Notes: generated from the letters alone by a model not told the origin. Shown: positions 1 through 9,510, counted from the first letter of the stretch. The stretch: 44,251 bases of DNA from an uncultured Solibacteraceae bacterium (GCA_964355365.1 CAYHEX010000003.1:1-44251), one strand, 5' to 3'. Translations and numbers: made by a program.

Positions 1-62
1 ATGGAGGAGCGAGAACGAATGAGCCGGAGGTTCAAGTGGCTCTTTCGTTCTCGCTCTTCCAT
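1..62. repeat. Long imperfect inverted repeat (hairpin; REP-like or terminator-like)
   Basis: 1-19 ATGGAGGAGCGAGAACGAA pairs with 44-62 TTCGTTCTCGCTCTTCCAT (one G-T pair). GAGCC 21-25 pairs with GGCTC 38-42, leaving a 12 nt loop. May extend beyond the window edge. Confidence 0.75.
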
Positions 63-181
63 GTGACGGCAAGCCCGGCGTAGCCGGGCCGCCAGGCCCT
101 CAGCGTGCAGCTCCATGGCCCTCCACGGATCTCCATGGTGAACTCTCCTTCGCGGCCGACGGCGCCGACGGCATTCCCTCG

Positions 182-247
182 ATGCTGCAGGCGTACGTCG
201 TGCCGTGGATGGTGCCGGGGGTAGCTGGCTATCGCGGAGCTGATTAG
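182..247 (+). pseudogene. Possible orphan 3' remnant of an L-lactate permease (LctP/LldP-type) gene
   Basis: Translates MLQAYVVPWMVPG...*, resembling the LQAYVxxWMxP C-terminus typical of lactate permeases. No matching upstream coding sequence. Very short, so weakly supported. Confidence 0.4.
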
Positions 248-265
248 CTGGCTCTTGGACTTCTA

Positions 266-1018
266 TCAGAACCTGAGCGCGATGCCGGCTGACGCGACGG
301 TGTCGGTGCGCTTGAATGACGAGGGCGGTTTGTTGACGTGGCGCAGCACGTGCGAGAGCTTCAATGACACGCGGGAGTTGATCGCGGCGGCGAGCGAGGC
401 GGTGTGGGCGAGGCGCCAGTCGTCGGCGCGATCGAGGGCGACATCCGCGCGAAAGTCGTCGCGGAACTCCGAGCCGTTCGCGAACTTCCGAACGTACGAC
501 CAGCCGGAATTGAGGACCGCCGTGTCGATCACTGCGACAGACACGCCGGCCGCCGTCACGCGCCGCTCGCGCGCCGCACCCACGCCACCGAACACGAGTA
601 ACGTGCGCACGCCTTTCGCGTCGCCGGCCACCTTGAACTGCAAACCCACCGTGGCGGAGTTGCGCGACGACACGCCGGCGAGCCGATCGAGCAACAGATC
701 GTACTGCGCGAAGAGAAACGCCCGTCCGGCCGGATGCTCGACGCGCGACAGGTAGGTCAGCTGTCGCGCCGTCAGCACCCCACGCGCTTCGGACCGCACG
801 AACGCCAATCGATTGCGGATACCGAACCCGTCAGGGCGCACCCAGACGTCGGCGACGCTGCCGAGTGTCTGCGTGCGACTGTTGCCGGTCGCGTTGACGA
901 AGTTGAGATCGGCGCGCGCATCGACGATGTCGCGCTTGGGTGGCGCCGCGGCCGGTGTCTGAGCCGCCGCTGTGGCGGCCCACGCCAGGCACGCCAGACC
1001 GATCACTGTGCGGATCAT
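266..1018 (-). CDS. DUF481/YdiY-like outer membrane beta-barrel protein
   Basis: C-terminal 250 aa of ORF 266..1828. Signal peptide MIRTVIGLACLAWAATAAAQ, ATGNSRT motif, amphipathic beta strands, KRTDTV near the end and a terminal Phe. Confidence 0.8.
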   Translation of the reverse strand: MIRTVIGLACLAWAATAAAQTPAAAPPKRDIVDARADLNFVNATGNSRTQTLGSVADVWVRPDGFGIRNRLAFVRSEARGVLTARQLTYLSRVEHPAGRAFLFAQYDLLLDRLAGVSSRNSATVGLQFKVAGDAKGVRTLLVFGGVGAARERRVTAAGVSVAVIDTAVLNSGWSYVRKFANGSEFRDDFRADVALDRADDWRLAHTASLAAAINSRVSLKLSHVLRHVNKPPSSFKRTDTVASAGIALRF

Positions 1019-1071
1019 CGGGTGGGATTGTATACGGACGGGCGGGTGCCAGCTGGTTATCGCTGAGCTCG

Positions 1072-2526
1072 TCAGCGGTCGGTCTCGTCCCAGATCTTGT
1101 GCTGGTGCGTTTCGACGAGCAGCAGTGAGCCCACCACGAACGTGATGAGCGCGACGCCGATCGGATAGTAGAGGCCGGCGTAGATGTTGCCGGTGCGCGC
1201 GATGATCGAGAGGCCGATGAGCGGCAGCAGGCCGCCGAAGACGCCGTTGCCGATGTGATACGGCAGCGACAACGCGGTGTAACGGATCTTGGCCGGAAAC
1301 GCCTCGACCAGATACGCCGCGATCGGCCCGTAGACCATCGTCACGAACACGAGCTGAATAAAGATGAGGCCGACCAGTTGCCAGGCGGCCGGCGTCGACG
1401 CGAGTTCGCCGAGGCTGTGAAAGGTCAGCACTTCCTGCGCGGGCGTGAGCTGACCGTTCACGATCGTCTGCGGCGTGAGGCTGATCGCGCCGGTCACGGG
1501 ATTGCGTTGCGAGATCGCTGAGACGACGCCCGACCCCGCCGCCTGCTGCATGGCGTGGTAGATCGGGATGTACGACAGCGCCGCGAGCAGGCAGCCCGCC
1601 ATCATCAGGCGCTTGCGTCCGAAGCGATCGGAGAAGGCCCCCATCACGATGAAGAGCGGCATCCCCAGCAGCAGCGCCGCCGCCACGATGTAGTTGGCGG
1701 ACGTGGTGTGCACTTTGAGAATCGTCTGCAGGTAGAACAGCGCATAGAACTGCCCCGTGTACCAGACCACGCCCTGCCCCGCCGTCGCGCCGAACAGCGA
1801 GATCAGCACGCGACGCAGGTTGGTCCACTCCGTGAAGGCTTCTGCGAGCGGCCGCGTTGAGCGCATGCCGGTGGCCTTGAGGTGTTCGAAGATCGGCGAC
1901 TCCTTCATGCGCAGCCGGATGTACAGCGAGATCCCGACAAGGACAATGGACACCAGGAAGGGGATGCGCCAGCCCCAGATCTTGAACGCCTCAGGGCCGA
2001 GCCAGTTCTGCACGAAGAGCGTAACGAGGAGCGACAGGAACAGGCCGAGCGTGGCCGTCACCTGAATGAAGCTCGTGTAGTAGCCACGTTTGCCGTCGGG
2101 CACGTGCTCGGCCACATACACTGCCGCGCCACCGTACTCGCCGCCGAGGGCCAGCCCCTGGAGGATGCGCACGATCAGCAGGATCGCCGGCGCCGCAAAC
2201 CCGATCGTCGCGTACGTCGGCAGCACGCCCACCACCGCCGTCGCACCGCCCATGATGATGAGGGTGACCAGAAACGCGTACTTGCGGCCGACCATGTCAC
2301 CGATCCGGCCGAACACCAGCGCGCCGAATGGCCGGACGACGAAGCCAACCGCGAACGTGGACAGGTAGGCGATCAGCGCAAGCGTGTCGTTGCCTTTCGG
2401 GTAGAACAGCGGCGCGATGATCGTCGCCAGGCTCCCGAAGATGTAGAAGTCGTACCACTCGATCATGGTGCCGACGGCCGACGCCGCGATGACGTTCCGG
2501 AAACGCGTATGTTGATGGGGGTGCAC
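1072..2526 (-). CDS. MFS transporter, metabolite:H+ symporter (MHS) family
   Basis: GTMIEWYDFYIFG, RPFGALVFGRIGDMVGRK, GLALGGEYGGA, WGWRIPF and SDRFGRK motifs; about 12 hydrophobic segments. GTG start at 2526 inferred. Confidence 0.92.
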   Translation of the reverse strand: MHPHQHTRFRNVIAASAVGTMIEWYDFYIFGSLATIIAPLFYPKGNDTLALIAYLSTFAVGFVVRPFGALVFGRIGDMVGRKYAFLVTLIIMGGATAVVGVLPTYATIGFAAPAILLIVRILQGLALGGEYGGAAVYVAEHVPDGKRGYYTSFIQVTATLGLFLSLLVTLFVQNWLGPEAFKIWGWRIPFLVSIVLVGISLYIRLRMKESPIFEHLKATGMRSTRPLAEAFTEWTNLRRVLISLFGATAGQGVVWYTGQFYALFYLQTILKVHTTSANYIVAAALLLGMPLFIVMGAFSDRFGRKRLMMAGCLLAALSYIPIYHAMQQAAGSGVVSAISQRNPVTGAISLTPQTIVNGQLTPAQEVLTFHSLGELASTPAAWQLVGLIFIQLVFVTMVYGPIAAYLVEAFPAKIRYTALSLPYHIGNGVFGGLLPLIGLSIIARTGNIYAGLYYPIGVALITFVVGSLLLVETHQHKIWDETDR

Positions 2527-2603
2527 GGCGGGTAGCGTAGCCGAAAACACCTCCCACCTTGGTGGGATTCTCAGGTCCGCCCGGCCTTCGTAAGATCGTC
2601 GGC

Positions 2604-3215
2604 ATGAACCCACAGACCACCGCGCTCATCCTGGTCGGCTACCAGAATGACTATTTTGCCCAGAACGGCATTCTCCGAGGCGTGATCGAAGAACCGAACC
2701 GCGTCGACAGCGTGCTCGCCAGCTCGCTCGCCTTCATCACCACGATGGCGCCGACGGAGATGACCATCATCGCCACGCCCATCGTGCTCGAACCCGAGTA
2801 CCGCGCGCTCGCCAACTCCGTGGGCATCCTCGACACGATCAAGCACTCCGGCGCCTTCAAGGCGGGCACGGCCGGCGCGGACACGATCCCGGAACTGGCC
2901 GCGTTCGGCGACCGCGTGACGTACGTGACGGGCAAGGTCGGCTTCAACGCGTTCTCGAACACCACACTGGACGCCGTGCTCAAAGCGAAGGGCATCAAGG
3001 ACGTCTTCGTCGCCGGCATGGTCACGTCGCTCTGCATCGACTCGACCGGCCGCGCCGCCTACGAACGCGGCTACAGCGTGAAGATCCTCTCGGACTGCTG
3101 CTCGGCGCGCACGCGCTCCGAACAGGACTTCTTCTGCCAGAACATCTTCCCGCTCTACGGCGGCGTGCTGAACAACGCGCAGGCGATTGAACAGCTGTCG
3201 CTCGTGACGGCCTAG
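2604..3215 (+). CDS. Isochorismatase/cysteine hydrolase family protein (catalytic Asp replaced by Gly)
   Basis: TALILVGYQNDYF (family motif normally LxxDxQNDF), GKVGFNAFSNTTLD (Lys), AGMVTSLCIDSTGRAAYERGY (nucleophile Cys). ATG at 2604. Confidence 0.88.
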   Translation: MNPQTTALILVGYQNDYFAQNGILRGVIEEPNRVDSVLASSLAFITTMAPTEMTIIATPIVLEPEYRALANSVGILDTIKHSGAFKAGTAGADTIPELAAFGDRVTYVTGKVGFNAFSNTTLDAVLKAKGIKDVFVAGMVTSLCIDSTGRAAYERGYSVKILSDCCSARTRSEQDFFCQNIFPLYGGVLNNAQAIEQLSLVTA

Positions 3216-3228
3216 TTCCATCGGCATC

Positions 3229-5526
3229 ATGCGCCCCTCCGCCAGCCACGACGACGCACTGCTCGCCACGGATCTGCACGTCGAGGCCACGTATCGGTTA
3301 ACCGAAGCGTTGGTCGAGGCCGAGAACCGGATGCGGCGGCGCGTCGAGTTGCTGTCGGAAGTGGTCTTCGAAACGGACGCGTCCGGCGCGCTCGTGTTTC
3401 TCAACAGCGCGTGGGCCAGGATCCTCGGCCGGCCAACGGCCGAGTGCCTCGGGCACACGCTGTGCTGCTTCGCCGCCGAGATGGATCGCGATCGGTGCGT
3501 GCTGGCCATGGGGTCGCCGGCGGATCGCGAGGCGGCGCCCCCCCGCCTTCGCCTGCTCCGTGCCGACGGCAGCGCCGCCTGGTTCGAGTTGTCGGCGTCG
3601 CATCTGGCCGACGGCGGCGTGGTCGGCGCCCTGCACGACATCACCAACGAGAAACTCGCGCAGGACGAGCTCGCGAAGCTCTCCCTCGTCGCGAGCTACA
3701 CCGACAACCTCGTCATCATCACCGACCGCGACGGGCGCACCGAGTGGGTGAATCAGGCCTTCATCAACCGGACCGGCTACACGCTTTCCGACATGATCGG
3801 CCGCAAACCCGGCGACCTCCTGCAGGGGCCGGACACCGACACCTCGACCGTTGCCCGCATCGGCGCGCTGCTCGCCGAAGGCCGGTCCTTCAAAGCCGAG
3901 CTGCTCAACTACACGAAGGCCGGCGAATCGTATTGGGTCTCGTTCCAGATCACGCCGATCCGCAACGCGGACGGCCGCGTGGAGCGCTTCGTGTCGATCC
4001 AGACGGATTCCACGGAGTTGCGCCGCACGCAGCGTGAGCTCGAGACCGCCAAAGAACACGCCGAGTCCGCCAGCGACGCCAAGACCCAGTTTCTGGCGAC
4101 GATCAGCCATGAGATGCGCACGCCCCTGAATGTCATTCTGGGGTCCACGGACATCGCGCTCGACGGCGCGGGCACGGACGACGACGTGCAGCCGCATCTC
4201 GAGCGCATCAACGCCAACGCGGAGATCCTGCTGCGTCTCATCAGCGACATGCTCGACGTGTCGAAGATCGAAGCCGGCCAGTTCGACTTCGAGCGCATCC
4301 CGGTCAAGCTGCGCGCCTGTCTGCAGCGCGCGGTATCGCCGATCGCGGACCGCGCGCGCGCGAAGGGCCTGGATTTCCGGCTGACGGTCGGTGAATCGCT
4401 ACCGGCCCAGATCATGGGCGACCCGGATCGCCTGCGGCAAATCGTGACGAACCTCGCCGAGAATGCGATCAAGTTCACCGACGCCGGCTACGTGCGCATC
4501 GACGCGTCGCGCCTCGATGCGGGCTCGAACGACAGCCCCTGCCTCGAAATTCGTGTGGTCGACTCCGGCTCCGGCATTTCGCCCGACGCGCAGGCACGGA
4601 TCTTCAAGCGTTTCGAACAGGGCGACAGTTCGACCACGCGCCGCAAGGGCGGCGCCGGACTGGGCCTCAACATCGTCAAGTCTTTGGTCGAGGCGCTCGG
4701 CGGCCATGTGAGCGTGCGGAGCGCGGTCGGCGCCGGCGCCGACTTCCGCGTGGTGCTGCCGCTCGAAGCCGCCCTCGAGACACCGGCGCGCGCGTCGAAC
4801 GACGGCGACGCGCGACCCGGGGCGGGCACGCCGATGGCGGCGCGGCCCGCGACCGTGCTCATCGCGGAAGACACGGACGCGAACTTCCTCATCCTCGATT
4901 TTTTCCTCACGAAGGCCGGCTACACCGTGAAGCGCGCGTCGACCGGCGTCGACGCCGTGAGGGCGTCGCGGAGTGCGGATCTGGTCCTGATGGACATCGA
5001 GATGCCGGAGATCGACGGCCTCGAGGCGACGCGGCGGATCCGCCGCCACGAGGCCACGTCCGGCCGTCAGCCCGTGCCGATTCTCGCCCTGACCGCGCAC
5101 GCGGTGCAGGGATACCGCGAGCGCTGTCTGTCAGCGGGGTGCTCGGGCTATCTGTCGAAGCCGATCCGCAAACACGCGCTGCTCGACGCCGTGGCCGCAG
5201 CACTCGAGAACGTGCGAGGGGGCGACGCGGACATCGTGCGTGTCAGCGCCGAACTCGCGCATCTGGCGCCGACGTTCGTCGCGCACTGCCGCACCGAGCA
5301 CGGAAGACTGCGCGCCGCGGTGGCGGCGGGCGACTGGATGACCGCCGAGCGCGTGGGCCACAGCCTCAAGGGCGCCGGCCCGTCGATCGGCTTCGACGAA
5401 GTCGGCCGGTTGGGCTGCGATATCGAAGCGGCCGCGCGCGCGGAACATGGGGGCGACGTTCTGCGCGCGCTCAACCGACTCACGATCCATCTCGATCGCG
5501 CGCACATCGTCTGCGTCGCGCAGTAG
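3229..5526 (+). CDS. Cytoplasmic hybrid histidine kinase PAS-PAS-HisKA-HATPase-REC-Hpt
   Basis: Two PAS domains, H box ISHEMRTPLN, N box NLAENAIKFT, G boxes DSGSGI and GAGLGL, REC IAEDT/LMDIEMP/SKP, Hpt GHSLKGA. No TM segments. Confidence 0.93.
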   Translation: MRPSASHDDALLATDLHVEATYRLTEALVEAENRMRRRVELLSEVVFETDASGALVFLNSAWARILGRPTAECLGHTLCCFAAEMDRDRCVLAMGSPADREAAPPRLRLLRADGSAAWFELSASHLADGGVVGALHDITNEKLAQDELAKLSLVASYTDNLVIITDRDGRTEWVNQAFINRTGYTLSDMIGRKPGDLLQGPDTDTSTVARIGALLAEGRSFKAELLNYTKAGESYWVSFQITPIRNADGRVERFVSIQTDSTELRRTQRELETAKEHAESASDAKTQFLATISHEMRTPLNVILGSTDIALDGAGTDDDVQPHLERINANAEILLRLISDMLDVSKIEAGQFDFERIPVKLRACLQRAVSPIADRARAKGLDFRLTVGESLPAQIMGDPDRLRQIVTNLAENAIKFTDAGYVRIDASRLDAGSNDSPCLEIRVVDSGSGISPDAQARIFKRFEQGDSSTTRRKGGAGLGLNIVKSLVEALGGHVSVRSAVGAGADFRVVLPLEAALETPARASNDGDARPGAGTPMAARPATVLIAEDTDANFLILDFFLTKAGYTVKRASTGVDAVRASRSADLVLMDIEMPEIDGLEATRRIRRHEATSGRQPVPILALTAHAVQGYRERCLSAGCSGYLSKPIRKHALLDAVAAALENVRGGDADIVRVSAELAHLAPTFVAHCRTEHGRLRAAVAAGDWMTAERVGHSLKGAGPSIGFDEVGRLGCDIEAAARAEHGGDVLRALNRLTIHLDRAHIVCVAQ

Positions 5527-5580
5527 CACCCAAGTGAAGCCGCCCTCGATCACCCGGCCCTGAGTGCACGCCCGGGCATC

Positions 5581-5611
5581 GGACGACCGTGCGGACCACG
5601 TCGAGTTCGCG
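5581..5611 (+). repeat. 31-bp exact direct repeat, copy 1 (intergenic copy of part of the NarL/LuxR HTH coding sequence)
   Basis: GGACGACCGTGCGGACCACGTCGAGTTCGCG is identical to 9672-9702. Confidence 0.9.
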
Positions 5612-5702
5612 TGCGTGTCGCATAGCGAAAACCGGCTATCCGGCTCGCGCATACACCCTATTGGCGCCGTAGTCGCCGAAACCAACACTCGTATCAATTC
5701 GG

Positions 5703-8687
5703 ATGCTGTCCACTGTATTTCGCAGAACGTCGCTCTCAACGAAAGTGGGGCTGCTTTCGCTCACCTTGTGCTTCATCAGCGTGTTGGTGCTGGCCAAGTA
5801 TGCCCAGGGAAAACTGACCGCGGACCTCACGCGAACCACCGGCGCGCAGTTGGCCTCTGCCGCAGCGTACGCCGCGCAAGACGTCAGCCTGGACCTTGCC
5901 ACCCAATTGACCGCCATTCAGTCGAGCGCACGCCTGATCGTCGCCGACGACCTCAGCGGGTCGCTCCGCGACCATTCACGGGCCATGCAGGCGCTCTTCG
6001 ACACCGGCTTCGTGGCCGTCATGGCAAACGGGGCCGTCACCTACCCGCCGTCACCCAACCCCGCGTCGGAGGGCCTGGCGTGGGCGGAACTCGAGAGCGT
6101 GCGCGCCGCCCTGTCCGGAGTTGGCAGCCCCATCGGTCTGATCGATCTCGCCTCTGGACCGAACCGGAAGGCGATCGCGTTCGCCGCCGCCATTCGCGAC
6201 AACGACCACCGGATCGTCGGCGCGCTTGTCGGCCTCTCGTCCTCAACGGAATCACACGTATTCAACCCATTGCTCCAGAAGGCCTACGGTCAGGCCGGCG
6301 TTTTCGTGATCCTGGACCAGGCACGCGGTCTGCTCGGCGAACGCAGCAGCGCGCAGTCCCGACTGTTGGTCGCTGAGCCGGCTCTCCTGAACACGCGCAC
6401 ACTTTGGCCGTCTTGCGGAGGATACCCAACTGAAATTGGGTCGGGTCGATCGGCCACGCTGGTGGCCGGCGCCAAAGTGCAGTCGACAAACTGGTGTGTC
6501 GTCGTGGCCCTGCCTCTGGAAGAGATCCTTGGGCAGTATCAGGCGCTGAATCAGGGCGTGTACTGGCGCGCATTCTACCTCTCGCTCCCGTTCGGCCTGT
6601 TGACGTTCTGGGCCATGCGTCGCGTGCTCACGCCCCTGTCGCAGGCGATCGCCGGACTCGACGCCATCGACATCACCGACCCGCACGTGACAGGCCTGCC
6701 CGAGACGGGTTCAGGTGAAGTTGGCGCACTCCTCAAGAACGTCAATTTCCTGCTCCGCGCGTTGAAGCAGCGGGAACACGCCCTCTGGGAAAGCCAGGCG
6801 CTGTTTCGCGCCTTCGCTGACACCTCTCCGATCCTGATCGTGCAGACCCGAAGTAGCGGCTCTCTGGGTGAAGAACCCCTCACGGAACGGACCGAGTACA
6901 TCAACCCGGCATTCACGGCCATCCTCGGCTACACGATCGAGGACGTCCCCACGATAGGCGACCTCTCCGCGCTGATGTTCCCGGCTCTCGACGGCCAGAC
7001 TTTCGAACCCTTGTCGGCCTGGTGCGCGGCCAAGGATGGCTCCCGGAAATTCCTGTCCTGGCAGCGCGTCATCAGCCCGGGCGACCAGCAATGGGCGTTC
7101 GGACTCGACCTGACGAGCTGCCAGCTGGCGAACGACTCCCTCAACCTGTTCAAGCGCGCAGTTGAGCAGAGCCCGGTGATGATCGAGATCACCGACCGTC
7201 ACTCGAACCTCGTCTATGTGAACCCCAGGCTCGCAGAAGCCACCGGCTACAGCCGGGAGGAATTGCTGGGGCAGAACCCGCGGATCTTCAGCGGCGGCAC
7301 GATGCCACATGACACGGCCGAGGCCATGTACGAAGAGCTGGTGGCGGGCCGCAATTTCCGCTGCGAGATGAAGAACCGCAAGAAGGACGGCACGCTGCAC
7401 GAGGTCTCGATTTCGGTCTCGCCGATTTTTGACGACCAGAACACCCTGATCAACTTCATCGGCATCAAGGAAGACATCTCCGAACGCAACCGGACCGCGG
7501 CGCTCCTCATTGATGCGGGGCTGAACGCTGAGCGCGCGAGCCGAGCCAAGTCGGCGTTCGTGTCCAATGTCAGCCATGAACTGCGCACGCCGATGAATGC
7601 CGTCGTCGGTTTCGCGCAATTGCTCGAGGCCGACGACACCCTCACCCCGCAGCAGCGGGAATACGTGAGCCAGATCACGGCGGGCGGGCAGCACGTGGTG
7701 GCGCTGGTCAATGACGTGCTCGACCTCTCCACGATCGAGGCCGGAGAACTGCGCGTGACCGTCGAGCCATTCGACCTCGGCGCCGTCATCGCCGAATGCG
7801 AAGCGCTGATTCAACCGCTGGCGGACGACCGGGGCCTCACGCTGCGCACCTCGTGTGCCGCGAACACCAGTGCCGTCGGCGACCGTCTACGCGTGAAACA
7901 GGTCGTGCTCAATCTCATGTCGAACGCCGTCAAGTTCAACGTCCCGAATGGCGACCTGACGGTCGATGTGGCGCAGATCGGGTCGGATCGTGTGCGGATC
8001 ACCGTATCGGATACCGGCGAGGGCATTGCCGCCGCCGACGTGCAGGAGGTCTTCAAGGCGTTCTCTCGACTCCACGCCAAGCACAAACACGTGGAGGGCA
8101 CGGGGATCGGGCTGACGATCAGCCGACAATTGGTCGAGTTGATGGGCGGCACACTGACTCTGTCGAGCCAAATCGGCGTGGGCAGCCAGTTTCGCGTCGA
8201 GCTGGCCTCCGCGGCGGCCCTGCCAGTCGCCCGAGCGACCGCCACCGCTGAGCTGAAAGGCCCCGGGCAATCGACGCGCCGCCATCGCGTGCTGTGCATC
8301 GACGATAGCCCCACCAATCAGGCGTTGATCAAGGGCATCTTCAAGCTGCGGCCGCAGATCGTGCTGGTGCGGGCCGTGACCGGTGCAGATGGCATCGCCT
8401 CGGCGCGCGCCGAGCGCCCCGACCTGATGCTGATCGACATCAATTTGCCGGACATGACCGGCCACCAGGTGCTGCACACGTGCCGGGCTGACGAGCTGCT
8501 GTGCACCGTGCCGGCCATCGCGGTCTCGGCCGACGCGCTCGCGTCGAACGTGGCGCACGGTCTCGAGATGGGGTTCGACGACTACCTGACCAAGCCGCTG
8601 GATCTACAGCGTTTTCTGGCCGTGATCGATTCCTACCTGTCCGACCAGGTGACGACGCTCGATCACGCCGTCGGACCGCCATGTTGA
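5703..8687 (+). CDS. Membrane hybrid histidine kinase: TM-Cache-like-TM-HAMP-PAS-PAS-HisKA-HATPase-REC
   Basis: Two TM helices flank an extracytoplasmic domain. HAMP-like PLSQAIAG...EVGALLKNVN, PAS with [54 protein letters not shown]. Confidence 0.92.
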   Translation: MLSTVFRRTSLSTKVGLLSLTLCFISVLVLAKYAQGKLTADLTRTTGAQLASAAAYAAQDVSLDLATQLTAIQSSARLIVADDLSGSLRDHSRAMQALFDTGFVAVMANGAVTYPPSPNPASEGLAWAELESVRAALSGVGSPIGLIDLASGPNRKAIAFAAAIRDNDHRIVGALVGLSSSTESHVFNPLLQKAYGQAGVFVILDQARGLLGERSSAQSRLLVAEPALLNTRTLWPSCGGYPTEIGSGRSATLVAGAKVQSTNWCVVVALPLEEILGQYQALNQGVYWRAFYLSLPFGLLTFWAMRRVLTPLSQAIAGLDAIDITDPHVTGLPETGSGEVGALLKNVNFLLRALKQREHALWESQALFRAFADTSPILIVQTRSSGSLGEEPLTERTEYINPAFTAILGYTIEDVPTIGDLSALMFPALDGQTFEPLSAWCAAKDGSRKFLSWQRVISPGDQQWAFGLDLTSCQLANDSLNLFKRAVEQSPVMIEITDRHSNLVYVNPRLAEATGYSREELLGQNPRIFSGGTMPHDTAEAMYEELVAGRNFRCEMKNRKKDGTLHEVSISVSPIFDDQNTLINFIGIKEDISERNRTAALLIDAGLNAERASRAKSAFVSNVSHELRTPMNAVVGFAQLLEADDTLTPQQREYVSQITAGGQHVVALVNDVLDLSTIEAGELRVTVEPFDLGAVIAECEALIQPLADDRGLTLRTSCAANTSAVGDRLRVKQVVLNLMSNAVKFNVPNGDLTVDVAQIGSDRVRITVSDTGEGIAAADVQEVFKAFSRLHAKHKHVEGTGIGLTISRQLVELMGGTLTLSSQIGVGSQFRVELASAAALPVARATATAELKGPGQSTRRHRVLCIDDSPTNQALIKGIFKLRPQIVLVRAVTGADGIASARAERPDLMLIDINLPDMTGHQVLHTCRADELLCTVPAIAVSADALASNVAHGLEMGFDDYLTKPLDLQRFLAVIDSYLSDQVTTLDHAVGPPC

Positions 8688-9457
8688 GGTGGTGTTGCTA
8701 TTGCCAGCAGTTCCAGGGAGAGGCGCCCCCTTACGACAATCTCGTCTCCACCCATGGATGCTGCGCGTCCTGCGAGGCCCAGGCCATTGATTCCACCGAG
8801 TCCGATTTGGCGCACGCGCGAATCTTGGCGCGCCTGCAAGCAAGACTCGGGAAGGCGGGACAAAGCGGTGACCTTGTGGCCGCCGGACATCTCATCGAAG
8901 AGGCCAGCGCCGACCACGTGAGGGCCGTTGACGTCCTGATGGGGATTGTCGCGCCGTTGCTGGACCAGATCGGCAAGGACTGGGAACGCGGCTTCATCAC
9001 CGTGGCCGAAGGGCATCCGTTCATCGCCTTCAGCGAAGCGCTGGTGGAGTTAGTCACCACCACCCGGTTCCAGGACCAGCCTGCCGACGCTCGGCCCTTG
9101 GACCGCCCGGACGCTTTCCTCATGACCGCCGACGGCAATCGCCATACCTTGGCCGTTCGCATTCTGAGCTTGTGGCTGATGGACTCTGGCATGCGGACTC
9201 GCGTGCTTGACTCAGGTCTCCCGCTCAAGGACTTGCTCGCGCGGATTGGTCACGACCGGCCCCGGTTGCTCCTCATCTCGATGGCGCTTGCTGAGCAACG
9301 TCCGGGCGTGGTCACGCTGGTCGAGTGCCTCGCGGCATTACCCGAACCGGTCCGTCCGAGGGTCATCGTCGGGGGCTACGCCGTCAAACTCGGCCACGTC
9401 GACGCGATTCCCGGAGCGGAGCTCATCGCCGACATCAGTAGCCTGCGATTGCTTTGA
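8681..9457 (+). CDS. Cobalamin (B12)-binding domain protein, CarH/AerR-like, with N-terminal Cys/His zinc-finger-like motif
   Basis: ATG 8681 overlaps the kinase stop. N-terminal WCCYC...THGCCASC; helical cap PLLDQIGKDWERGFITVAEGH (CarH W-x9-EH motif, here GH); Rossmann domain GNRHTLA, LLLISMA, VIVGG. Confidence 0.82.
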   Translation: MLRWCCYCQQFQGEAPPYDNLVSTHGCCASCEAQAIDSTESDLAHARILARLQARLGKAGQSGDLVAAGHLIEEASADHVRAVDVLMGIVAPLLDQIGKDWERGFITVAEGHPFIAFSEALVELVTTTRFQDQPADARPLDRPDAFLMTADGNRHTLAVRILSLWLMDSGMRTRVLDSGLPLKDLLARIGHDRPRLLLISMALAEQRPGVVTLVECLAALPEPVRPRVIVGGYAVKLGHVDAIPGAELIADISSLRLL

Positions 9458-9510
9458 GCCGGGCCGGTTACATCATCGGCCCTCTCAGACGCCCGACCCG
9501 GTCGGCAGGC

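Noticed and set aside
1019-1828. N-terminal 270 aa of ORF 266..1828
   Set aside because: Off-frame overlap with the MFS gene; the real protein starts at the signal peptide at 1018.
3790-3830. Possible LOV blue-light photoreceptor
   Set aside because: The motif is GRKPGDLLQG and lacks the adduct-forming Cys of GxNCRFLQG.
8681-9457. Methionine synthase/corrinoid methyltransferase or CarH repressor
   Set aside because: No catalytic partner domains and no MerR HTH; the canonical DxHxxG motif is altered.
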